64,000 nt of DNA, taken from assembly GCA_030602715.1 (NCBI GenBank), contig JAUVZD010000006.1:26465-90464 (forward strand), read 5' to 3'. This document shows positions 56,570 through 64,000 of this stretch, piece by piece. The notes under the pieces are model-generated. The model was not told the DNA's origin and made no database searches. It was given only the letters and a program-made list of their open reading frames with translations. A program made the position numbers and the translations under genes. Within the stretch, counting starts at the first letter, position 1; each line of letters opens with the position of its first letter. This stretch comes from Candidatus Coatesbacteria bacterium. Lineage in GTDB: Bacteria > RBG-13-66-14 > B26-G2 > JAUVZD01.

Positions 56570-57511
56570 CTACTCCACATACACCTTCCAGAGTTCGCGC
56601 CACATAAGGTCATAGACTATCCATTTGCCGTCGGGGGACCAGGAGAGTGAGCTCACCCCTGGCATCTCTAAGCCAGGGCCGTAGGGGAAGTAGGTTAGCC
56701 TTTCAGGTTCTCCCCCCTCGGCGGATATAATCCATACCTCCTTATGACCATATTCATAGCCCGGGGGAACATAATAGCCGCCAAATGCTATCCACTCTCC
56801 ATCGTAAGACCAGCGGGGAAAACAGAGGTCAAGGTTGGTCTCGTATATTACCTCTTCGTTCTGGGATGGCAAATCATAGACGCACAGTTCGTATTCCCAA
56901 TCGTTTTGTCCAAGAGGTATCCCTCTTATGTAGGTTAACATCGTCCCATCGTGAGACCAGTCAATACCGTATATGAAGTCTCCCTCCGCAACCAACTGGG
57001 GTTCGGAGCCGTGGATGTCGGACAGGTATATGCCGTTGCTCAACACGTCATATTCATGGATAAGGTATGCGATGTTGTAGGTTCCATCTATGTTGCCTTT
57101 AACTGTAGGAGTTGAGCCCGGGAATAAATATACCGGTTCATTCCCTTGCGGGGGGATATAATAAATATTTCCGGGAAGTAGGCTAGAGTCGTCAGTGAAC
57201 AGAAGGTAGCAGTCATCACTGTAATCGTAGGGGTAGAGAGCGTTTGCTGGCGGGTCGAACTCATTGGTGCTTAGAAAAAGTGTTAGATTTCCCCCCTCCG
57301 GGTCTATGGTCCAAAGCTCAAAACTCGAGAAAACTATGGTATCCCCCAAAGGAGACCATACGGGATGTTCCGCGTCTATCTCATCAAAGATTAGTTGAGG
57401 CGTTTTGGATGAGACGTTGTCATACTCCTCCGAACATCCCCAAAGAAGTAGAGCGAGCCCTAAAAGTCCCAAAAGGACTGTGAATATGATTGTGTTCTTC
57501 ATTCCTATCAA
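56570..57511 (-). CDS. Secreted TolB-like/PD40-type beta-propeller protein
   Basis: Signal peptide, then repeats of the WSPDG/WSPLGD type (…VWSPLGDTIVFSS…, …LSWSPDGKWIVYD…). Confidence 0.5.
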   Translation of the reverse strand: MIGMKNTIIFTVLLGLLGLALLLWGCSEEYDNVSSKTPQLIFDEIDAEHPVWSPLGDTIVFSSFELWTIDPEGGNLTLFLSTNEFDPPANALYPYDYSDDCYLLFTDDSSLLPGNIYYIPPQGNEPVYLFPGSTPTVKGNIDGTYNIAYLIHEYDVLSNGIYLSDIHGSEPQLVAEGDFIYGIDWSHDGTMLTYIRGIPLGQNDWEYELCVYDLPSQNEEVIYETNLDLCFPRWSYDGEWIAFGGYYVPPGYEYGHKEVWIISAEGGEPERLTYFPYGPGLEMPGVSSLSWSPDGKWIVYDLMWRELWKVYVE

Positions 57512-57922
57512 CTCCTTTTTGCCTTTATGGTGCGAAAACTATCTTGCGAGACTCGCATAGCCCGGGGGCGGAGACGTGGATAAAATAAACTCCAGACTCC
57601 AGCCCCAGGTTGTTGAGGGGAAAAAATAGAAATGTACAGGTGAATCGGTAAGAGAGCAGGTGAAATGCGGGCTTTATCTTTAATGTCCTGCTGTTCCTTA
57701 ACATTACAATACCCACTTGTATGAGGTTATAAATCGCATATTTGGGAAATATTTCACATTATTAAACTTTTCTAACATAATAGCACAGATTAGGTCAAGT
57801 TGTCAAGTGTAAAAAGAAAAGAATGTGAGAAAAAGTCTTAGTTTTTTCTAGCTTTCCCGGCAATGATAAAACCGAGGGGCGAGTCCTCGGCTGAAAATGT
57901 CATGATTTGCTTAAATCTTATC

Positions 57923-58906
57923 CTACCTCCACACTCCGGGAATCTCCCTCCCGCAGAAGAGGCATCTGCCCTCAGCGGTCAGCTTCACCTCGCCGATGTT
58001 GTAGCCCCTGCGCCTGATGATGGTGGCACCACAGCCGGGGCAGTAGGTGGACTCTCCGGGGTGACCGGGCATGTTGCCCACATAGACATAGTTGTGTCCC
58101 ACCTCCAGGGCGATATTGCGGGCTCGGGTGAGGGTGGAGGTTGGGGTGGGGGGGAGGTTGCTCAGTTTGTAGGTGGGGTAGAAGCGGGAGAGGTGGAGGG
58201 GGATGTCGGGACCCAGCTCGTCCAGCACCCAGTGGAAGTAGTCGTAGAACTCCTCGTCGGTGTCGTTTAAAGTGGGGATGATCAGATAGGTCAGCTCCTG
58301 CCAAACCCCTTCCTGCTGGATTGTCTTTATAGCCCTCTGCACCGGGGGCAGTTCCCCGTCGCATATCTCCTGATAGTATTCGTTGCGGATGGACTTCAGG
58401 TCGGTGTTGGTGGCGTCAATGAACTGACAGAGCTCCCTTAGAGGCTTCTCGTCTATGAAGGCGGCGGTGACCAGAACATTGCGCAGTCCCTCACCGCGAG
58501 CCAGGCGGGCGGTGTCTTTGACATACTCATAGAAGACCACCGGCTCGGAGTAGGTGTAAGCCACCGAACCGCATCCGCTAGCTTTTGCCTCGGCGACCAC
58601 ATCGGCCGGCACCAGGCGGAAGTTTCTGGTGTCCTCCGGGTTGGATTGGGAGAGCTGCCAGTTCTGGCAGAATTTGCAGTGCAGGTTGCAACCGGCGGTG
58701 GCGATGGAGAATATCCAGGTAGCCGGCAGGAAGTGGAAGAGGGGTTTCTTCTCCATAGGGTCAATGTTGGCGGAGCAAGCCTCTGCCCAGACCAGGGTAT
58801 GGAGCTCCCCGCCCACATTCACCCGCACCCTGCAGTCGCCCCGTTCATATTCTCGCAGTTCGCAGTGGCGGGGACAGAGCAGACATTGGACTTGTTTAGT
58901 CGCCAC
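57923..58906 (-). CDS. Radical SAM enzyme, PflA-like (AmmeMemoRadiSam-system type)
   Basis: N-terminal CLLCPRHCELREYERGDCRVR Cys cluster followed by GCNLHCKFCQNW (CxxxCxxC). 327 aa. Confidence 0.6.
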   Translation of the reverse strand: MATKQVQCLLCPRHCELREYERGDCRVRVNVGGELHTLVWAEACSANIDPMEKKPLFHFLPATWIFSIATAGCNLHCKFCQNWQLSQSNPEDTRNFRLVPADVVAEAKASGCGSVAYTYSEPVVFYEYVKDTARLARGEGLRNVLVTAAFIDEKPLRELCQFIDATNTDLKSIRNEYYQEICDGELPPVQRAIKTIQQEGVWQELTYLIIPTLNDTDEEFYDYFHWVLDELGPDIPLHLSRFYPTYKLSNLPPTPTSTLTRARNIALEVGHNYVYVGNMPGHPGESTYCPGCGATIIRRRGYNIGEVKLTAEGRCLFCGREIPGVWR

Positions 58907-59135
58907 CTTCCACCTCCAGCGGTTTCCAGTGCTCCGCCGGATGGAGCTCCAGATTTCCCTTCTCCAGAGCCTTCAGGAACTGGTCCTTGCGCTCCTCGGT
59001 CAGTTGCGCCTCGCGCTCCTCAGGCGTGGGCGGAAAGACGCTGTCATATATCGCCCACCAGGCAAGGGCGACCACGGAGACGATTATCGCCAGAAGGGTG
59101 AAAGCTCCGATGATATTCTGTAAACGCCTGCTCAT
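58896..59135 (-). CDS. Small single-TM membrane protein (hypothetical). Its stop overlaps the rSAM start.
   Basis: 79 aa, one hydrophobic helix, translationally coupled to the downstream rSAM gene on the minus strand. Confidence 0.3.
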   Translation of the reverse strand: MSRRLQNIIGAFTLLAIIVSVVALAWWAIYDSVFPPTPEEREAQLTEERKDQFLKALEKGNLELHPAEHWKPLEVEGGD

Positions 59136-59179
59136 TATCTATATTATACAACAAATTTTAACGCAGATGGGTTCATTTT

Positions 59180-60511
59180 TCATGATTTGATGGCTCCCCT
59201 GGGGCAGACCCGGAAGCACTCCCCGCAACGGAGGCAGAGGGTGGGGTCAATGTAAGGGAGCGTCTCTCCCCCGGTTATGCTGATTGCCTCCACCGGGCAT
59301 GCGGGGATGCACCGTTCGCATAGGTCACAGTTTTTATCCTTGCGCACCGCCACCGGAGCGAATGCCGAACAGGCTCCCAGGATAGCTCCCACGCCACAGA
59401 GATAACGGCACCAGAGATAAGGGTATAGTAAGCTTGCGGAGAAGATGGCTATGGTCAAGATGACCACAGCGAATTTAATTCCGGTGAGATAGAGGATGGT
59501 GAAGGGTTCCCAGCCGGCGGGACCCACCCCGCCCACATGGAGGCATAAGAGCACGACCAGTATTAACAGGATGTATTTGACCGCACCGGCAGAATGTTTT
59601 GCCCAGCTGGGTATTTTCGCCTGGGGCGTCTTCAGGCGATAAGCCAGGTCCATCACCAAGCCCAGTGGACAGAGGTATCCGCAGTAGGTTCGTCCGAAGA
59701 TAGTCGTAGTAAGGAGGGAGAGGAAAAGAAGCAGGTAGAAGATGGGGATGACCAGCAGGGGTTGGGGCTTGCCCATAAGCAGGTAAGCCAATCCCTGCAG
59801 GGAGAGAAAGATTCCCCAAATGAGTGCCACTAGAATGGTGAAGGTGAGGATTGATAGGTAACGGAGCAGGCGGCTTTTTGGTTTAAGTTTTGCCAGGGAG
59901 AATGCCCCGATGAAGATCAGGAAAACGACGGAGAGCTTGATGATGGTCGCTGTCCGGTTGCCCCCTTCGGCCGAGAAAGAGACGTCCCTCTTGAGAACTC
60001 CGGTGGATATGACCGCGGCAATCTCTTTAGTGCCCAAGACGATCGCTTGCCAGGTCACCGTGGCTCGGCTCACACCGTCCAGGTCATCACCGATTGCGAA
60101 TCTGTCGCTTATGCTCTTTCCGCTCAGGGCGGAGAAGGCTTTGGACTCCAGCACCTTATATAGGTAGTTGGGGGTCTCAGCGTTGCCCAGCACCACCACC
60201 CCAGCCACCCTTCCCTCTACATCCAAACCCACTACCAGCTCCATAGCCCCTCCGTAACCGCTCACCTCTATACCCAGGGCGGAGCTGGAGGCGGAGTAGC
60301 CAAGGAGCTCTCCTTCTCCATCGTAGACTCCATAGATACCCGCTATATCGGGATAGGGTTTCCCCTTGCTTGCGCCGGGGAAGGGGAGCAGGGCGGATTC
60401 TTCAGAGAAGGGCGGGGGTTCATCTTCGGGGAAGAAAAGCCCCCAGAACAGGGGCAGAGCGGCGAGCGCCACAAGGAAGAGGGGCTTTAGGCGGGAGAGT
60501 TTCATGGTCAT
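59180..60511 (-). CDS. NosR/NapH-like membrane flavo-iron-sulfur protein (FMN-bind domain, TM helices with CxxxCP motifs, C-terminal 2x[4Fe-4S] ferredoxin)
   Basis: N-terminal signal/TM and FMN_bind-like …DLDGVSRATVTWQAI…. Membrane region with TYCGYLCPLG and WCRYLCGVG. C-terminal CDLCERCIPACP and CLRCGECFRVCP. Confidence 0.6.
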   Translation of the reverse strand: MTMKLSRLKPLFLVALAALPLFWGLFFPEDEPPPFSEESALLPFPGASKGKPYPDIAGIYGVYDGEGELLGYSASSSALGIEVSGYGGAMELVVGLDVEGRVAGVVVLGNAETPNYLYKVLESKAFSALSGKSISDRFAIGDDLDGVSRATVTWQAIVLGTKEIAAVISTGVLKRDVSFSAEGGNRTATIIKLSVVFLIFIGAFSLAKLKPKSRLLRYLSILTFTILVALIWGIFLSLQGLAYLLMGKPQPLLVIPIFYLLLFLSLLTTTIFGRTYCGYLCPLGLVMDLAYRLKTPQAKIPSWAKHSAGAVKYILLILVVLLCLHVGGVGPAGWEPFTILYLTGIKFAVVILTIAIFSASLLYPYLWCRYLCGVGAILGACSAFAPVAVRKDKNCDLCERCIPACPVEAISITGGETLPYIDPTLCLRCGECFRVCPRGAIKS

Positions 60512-60588
60512 AGAGATTTTACGGAAGGGGCGAATACAAAATTATTTAGCTTTTGGTCTCAGGGGATTGAGTCCATCAAGGGGTAAGG

Positions 60589-61254
60589 CTATCGCTCACC
60601 GGTCTGTTCACCGCTGTCCTTCTCCTTTTTCTCCTCCTTCACCTTCTCCTCCTCATCCCGCCCCCGTCTTTTCTCCTTTTTGTATTCTTTTTCTCGGCGC
60701 CAGGCGGAGGTTTCCTTTTGAAGTAAGTTGTAGATAAACCCCACCGCCAGGCCTCCCAGCAGGCAGGCGACCACTCCGCCTAGAGCCCATCCGCCCAGCA
60801 CGGTGCGGGGGAACTGGGTGTGGATGGCTAGGAGCGCCCAGACGGGAACCTGTCCCAGTAACCAGGCGAAGAGACCGAAGGTCAGACCGGAGAAAATCCA
60901 GTGGCGAGGAAGTGATTTTCGCAGATAGACATAGCCGAGACCCCAAAGGAAGCCGAGGATGATATTGGCGCCGAGCAGGGTGATGTAGTTACGCAGTCCG
61001 CCGGTATTGGCGAAGAGCTGAGGTATAAATGCCAGTTCCGGGTTGTCCATCAGCCTTTTCAGTTGGGCGGAGTTAATGACCTCGGTGGAGACCTTCTGGA
61101 AATAATCCGGGGCGACGATATCCTTCCAGATTATGATGAAGGCGATTATGGTGATGGTAATGATGATGCCGGCTACAATCCCGGCAAGTATGCCGTTTAG
61201 GAATGAGCGCATCTTTACCTCCTTGTCGGGGGGATGTCGTATGAATATTAGCAT
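60589..61254 (-). CDS. Membrane protein, hypothetical (4 TM segments, Lys/Glu-rich C-terminal tail)
   Basis: Hydrophobic core and a charged EKEYKKEKRRGRDEEEKVKEEKKEKD tail. The start is possibly at the internal MRSF (near 61212). Confidence 0.35.
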   Translation of the reverse strand: MLIFIRHPPDKEVKMRSFLNGILAGIVAGIIITITIIAFIIIWKDIVAPDYFQKVSTEVINSAQLKRLMDNPELAFIPQLFANTGGLRNYITLLGANIILGFLWGLGYVYLRKSLPRHWIFSGLTFGLFAWLLGQVPVWALLAIHTQFPRTVLGGWALGGVVACLLGGLAVGFIYNLLQKETSAWRREKEYKKEKRRGRDEEEKVKEEKKEKDSGEQTGER

Positions 61255-61324
61255 AGTTTATCCATTATGTCAATTGTGGCGAAATCCACTGGTCTAACCA
61301 ACCTGACTGTGTTAGATTCTATCT

Positions 61325-62239
61325 ATGGGCGAAGCCGAAACCTGGCCGGCTTATCTGGAGCTTTTTGAGGAGGGGAGGCTGGCGGAGCTTGCCGATAAGT
61401 TCACCGCCCGCCTCTCCGAATGCGACCTGTGCCCCCGCCTCTGCAAGGTGAACCGCATCGGAGGGGAGCTTGGCTTCTGTCGGGGAGGGGAGAGGGCGCT
61501 GGTGGCAAGCTATGGACCCCATTATGGCGAGGAGCGTCCCCTGGTTGGGGTTCGTGGTTCCGGGACCATCTTCTTCGCCGGCTGTAATCTGGGCTGTATA
61601 TTCTGTCAGAACTACGACATCAGCCACGGCTTGGCTGGAAAAGAATCATCCCCCGAGGAGCTTTCTGAGATAATGCTCCAATTGCAGTCCATCGGCTGTC
61701 ACAATATCAACCTGGTGACCCCCACCCATTTTCTCCCCCAGATTCTCTCCGCTTTGGTCCTCGCAGTGGAGGGGGGCTTACGCCTTCCGCTGGTCTATAA
61801 TTGCGGTGGATATGAGCTTGCCGGGATTTTGCGGGAGATGGATGGCGTAGTTGACATCTACATGCCCGATTTCAAATATTGGGACGAGGAGGTGGCGGAG
61901 AGCTATTCTCAGGCGCCGGACTATCCACGGCGCGCCCGGGACGCTCTGCGGGAGATGCACCGCCAGGTGGGTGATTTGCAGGTGGATGATGGGGGCATCG
62001 CCCGACGGGGGATTATCCTTCGCCATCTGGTGATGCCCGAGGGCATCGCCGGAACCGCCGAAGTGGCTGAGTTTGTTGCCGAGGAGATATCAAAAGGCAC
62101 CTATTTTAACCTGATGGACCAGTATTATCCCACCTATAAAGCCTCCCAGTATTCCCAGCTCTCCAGAAGGATCAACCGGGATGAGTGGAATGAAGCCCTT
62201 CAGGAGGCACGGCGGGCCGGCCTGCGCCGTTTTGACTGA
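61325..62239 (+). CDS. Radical SAM enzyme, PflA-like (AmmeMemoRadiSam-system type), paralog of the 57923..58906 gene
   Basis: CDLCPRLCKVNRIGGELGFCRGG N-terminal Cys cluster followed by GCNLGCIFCQNY. Same architecture as the minus-strand paralog 2.4 kb away. Confidence 0.6.
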   Translation: MGEAETWPAYLELFEEGRLAELADKFTARLSECDLCPRLCKVNRIGGELGFCRGGERALVASYGPHYGEERPLVGVRGSGTIFFAGCNLGCIFCQNYDISHGLAGKESSPEELSEIMLQLQSIGCHNINLVTPTHFLPQILSALVLAVEGGLRLPLVYNCGGYELAGILREMDGVVDIYMPDFKYWDEEVAESYSQAPDYPRRARDALREMHRQVGDLQVDDGGIARRGIILRHLVMPEGIAGTAEVAEFVAEEISKGTYFNLMDQYYPTYKASQYSQLSRRINRDEWNEALQEARRAGLRRFD

Positions 62240-62369
62240 GCGGGGTATCTCACCTCACATATTCGTCCCTATATCCCTGTCCTATGCTATAATCCTGAAA
62301 AGCCAGGTCCTTTGTTTGCAGGCGACCCCGCCAAAGGCGGGGAATCCTCGCCTGCTGGAAGCCTTCCCT

Positions 62370-62388
62370 TTATCTCCTCCTCCGTCAG
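62370..62388. repeat. Direct repeat copy 1 (ttatctcctcctccgtcag), identical to 63586..63604
   Basis: Exact 19-nt match (about 22 of 23 with flanks) with the 3' end of the methyltransferase ORF. On the minus strand it encodes a relic …DLTEEEIKGRLPAGEDSPP… peptide. Confidence 0.6.
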
Positions 62389-62458
62389 GTCACTAATAGA
62401 CAATAATTATTATTAGTATTGTTCATACACCTATTCGATAATGACTCTTGCGACGGGG

Positions 62459-63559
62459 CTATTTATCTTTTTTTCTAGGCTCACGATTATCACAACCAGA
62501 AATACATTTTTCTATGTCATTTAATCCAATTCCTCCATTCCCAATCTGACAACACATAGAATGTTTAACGAATTCTGGGCCCTGGAAACTCCTTGTGATT
62601 ATTACATTAATGTGAAAGTTCTTGCAATTTACTTCATCATGAATTTTAGATAATTCACATTTTTTACATACATCTGTGCTTATAACATTTGTCTCACCTG
62701 GAATTCTAAAATTATCACGATACTCAGCTTTTTCACATACTAAATCATCTTTTCTTTCATACCTATACGGACAATAAGAAACTTCTCTTTTGATTTTTTC
62801 TTTATCGTATGAATAATATTTTGACCTTTTAACTTCATGATACTTATACCAATCATCCGGGTCATGTCTTAAAAAAGATAGTAATGTTCCCTTTAAAAAT
62901 TTTTCTTTTTTAATTCTATATAAATCAATTGGACCATCATAAAAATATGCTTGTTTTTCCGCTTGTAAAGACAAAGCTCTTTCCCAAATATATGTTAGCC
63001 ACACAATTGCCTCGTTATAATTTCTAAATTTCTCTCCTTTAATATTCATTTTTTGATTCAATGCCAAAACTTCCTCGTTTATAAAATTTGTGTAGCCAAT
63101 TGCTTTTACGTGATTAAAACCTTCTGATAAATCTGGAGTTATTTGACAATCGTAATGTCTCAAATTATTGTTATATTTACGTTTTCTTCCACTAATATAA
63201 AATCTTTTATTTTCTCTATCATATCCGCAATGCACAATATGAACAACATCATCTAAAGGTTCTTCCGGAAAGGTTTCTGAAAATACAATATCAAATCGTG
63301 ATGTTTGAATAGATAAACTTATAGTATTAGAAAAATATTTATCACCATATCTTTCCAGTATACGTTCTCTTGTATTTTCAATATGTTTGTCTATGTTTTT
63401 TCCACTCCAAGATGATAAACCTAATGTTGCAATAACATGGTTATCAGACCATTCATAAATTTTTTCACCTTTCTCATAGGTTCCATCACTATTTGAAATT
63501 AGTCTATCACTTGTAACAATTAATTCTTCCTCTGTTAAAACAGTGATAACTAATGTCAT
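62459..63559 (-). CDS. Hypothetical Cys-rich protein encoded in a strongly AT-rich block. A candidate restriction/defence effector partner of the adjacent methyltransferase.
   Basis: 366 aa, Lys/Tyr/Asn-rich, with a C-terminal Cys cluster (CPYRYERKDDLVCEKAEY…CKKCELS…CKNFH…CCQIGNGG…CISGC). Base composition is far more AT-rich than the rest of the window. Confidence 0.45.
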   Translation of the reverse strand: MTLVITVLTEEELIVTSDRLISNSDGTYEKGEKIYEWSDNHVIATLGLSSWSGKNIDKHIENTRERILERYGDKYFSNTISLSIQTSRFDIVFSETFPEEPLDDVVHIVHCGYDRENKRFYISGRKRKYNNNLRHYDCQITPDLSEGFNHVKAIGYTNFINEEVLALNQKMNIKGEKFRNYNEAIVWLTYIWERALSLQAEKQAYFYDGPIDLYRIKKEKFLKGTLLSFLRHDPDDWYKYHEVKRSKYYSYDKEKIKREVSYCPYRYERKDDLVCEKAEYRDNFRIPGETNVISTDVCKKCELSKIHDEVNCKNFHINVIITRSFQGPEFVKHSMCCQIGNGGIGLNDIEKCISGCDNREPRKKDK

Positions 63560-63562
63560 CTT

Positions 63563-64000
63563 TTAATCCACCCCCTCCACCACCCTTATCTCCTCCTCCG
63601 TCAGCCCATACAGCTCATAGACTAGAGCGTCAATCTTTTTATCGGTCTTCTTTATGGCGCGCTCCAGGCGGGTGCGGTCGGCGTCGCTCTTCACACCCGC
63701 AAGCCGTTCGTGGAGAGTGAGCATCTCCTCCACCAGCCCCACCATTCGGTCGTGTAGCTTCACATCATCTGGGTTTGTGAAGTCTATTGAGCGGATGGGG
63801 ATAGAATGAATTTCATACGTTGAAACAGTAGCAGTTCGATAATAGAAACCATACCAGAAATTTATCATCTTTGAATTTAATATGCCAGTTATGTATTTCA
63901 CATTTATATCATCTGGCACATTTTTTGATACATAACAAGTATCAAGCGCAAAAAACTGTTCATTATCATATCCAGCGATAATATTCCTACCACTCCTCCC
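63563..64000 (-). CDS. Partial (5'-truncated by the window) N6-adenine DNA methyltransferase of type IIG/Eco57I-like RM enzymes: target-recognition region plus the TaqI_C-type C-terminal helix
   Basis: C-terminal …IDALVYELYGLTEEEIRVVEGVD and upstream …ITGILNSKMINFWY… are hallmark segments of Eco57I/PglX-type methyltransferases. The minus-strand frame is open to the window edge (…GRSGRNIIAGYDNEQFFALDTCYVSKNVPDDINVKY…). Also carries repeat copy 2 at 63586..63604. Confidence 0.55.
   Translation of the reverse strand, partial: GRSGRNIIAGYDNEQFFALDTCYVSKNVPDDINVKYITGILNSKMINFWYGFYYRTATVSTYEIHSIPIRSIDFTNPDDVKLHDRMVGLVEEMLTLHERLAGVKSDADRTRLERAIKKTDKKIDALVYELYGLTEEEIRVVEGVD

Noticed and set aside
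1-64000. Scan for CRISPR arrays, rRNA genes, IS elements/transposases and integrases
   Set aside because: No regularly spaced direct repeats with unique spacers, no rRNA-like conserved stretches, and no transposase or integrase-like ORFs were found. The only repeat structures are the intragenic 47-aa protein repeats (10790..11780) and the 19-bp direct repeat pair near the AT-rich block.

Overview
The window is a GC-rich bacterial chromosomal segment, apparently from a diderm FCB-group-like or candidate-phylum lineage. Evidence for the lineage call: T9SS/FlgD-Ig-type C-terminal sorting domains, many secreted beta-propeller lipoproteins and an outer-membrane beta-barrel candidate. Gene content by position (approximate): (i) 0.7-5.4 kb lipid/envelope genes: DedA, NodB-type deacetylase, GT28 MGDG-synthase-like, FolC, an S24/S26-like peptidase. 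(ii) 5.4-12.4 kb secreted proteins plus a compact four-gene RiPP-like operon: HPr-kinase-like P-loop protein, PqqD-like RRE, radical-SAM/SPASM enzyme, and a 49-codon candidate precursor peptide that is absent from the ORF track. (iii) 12.7-14.9 kb two-component pair and tRNA-Glu(TTC). (iv) 14.9-16.6 kb two further secreted beta-propeller paralogs. (v) 17.3-21.8 kb three tandem, highly divergent NuoL/M/N-family antiporter-like membrane proteins. (vi) 22.3-22.6 kb a decayed trxB-like fragment and a small membrane ORF. (vii) 23.5-36 kb convergent nucleotide-sugar/polysaccharide locus: GmhB, epimerases, WbaP-like sugar transferase, metallophosphoesterase, a second rSAM/SPASM, UXS, Ugd, a GMD-like dehydratase, an outer-membrane protein, and a ThiF/MoeB E1-like protein. 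(viii) 36-37.7 kb pyrD-pyrK. (ix) 38.8-54.5 kb a complete dcw division/cell-wall cluster, mraZ-rsmH-ftsL-ftsI-murF-mraY-murD-ftsW-murG-murC-murB-ftsQ-ftsA-ftsZ, with no murE or ddl in the cluster. (x) 54.7-56.4 kb an XPB-family helicase. (xi) 57.9-62.2 kb two paralogous PflA-like/AmmeMemoRadiSam-type radical SAM enzymes flanking a NosR/NapH-like flavo-iron-sulfur membrane protein. (xii) 62.4-64.0 kb a strongly AT-rich block bracketed by a 19-bp direct repeat, carrying a Cys-rich hypothetical protein and the 3' part of an Eco57I/TaqI_C-type DNA methyltransferase gene, i.e. a candidate laterally acquired defence module. Several near-consensus sigma70 promoters and Rho-independent terminators are visible. 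No rRNA or CRISPR array was seen.
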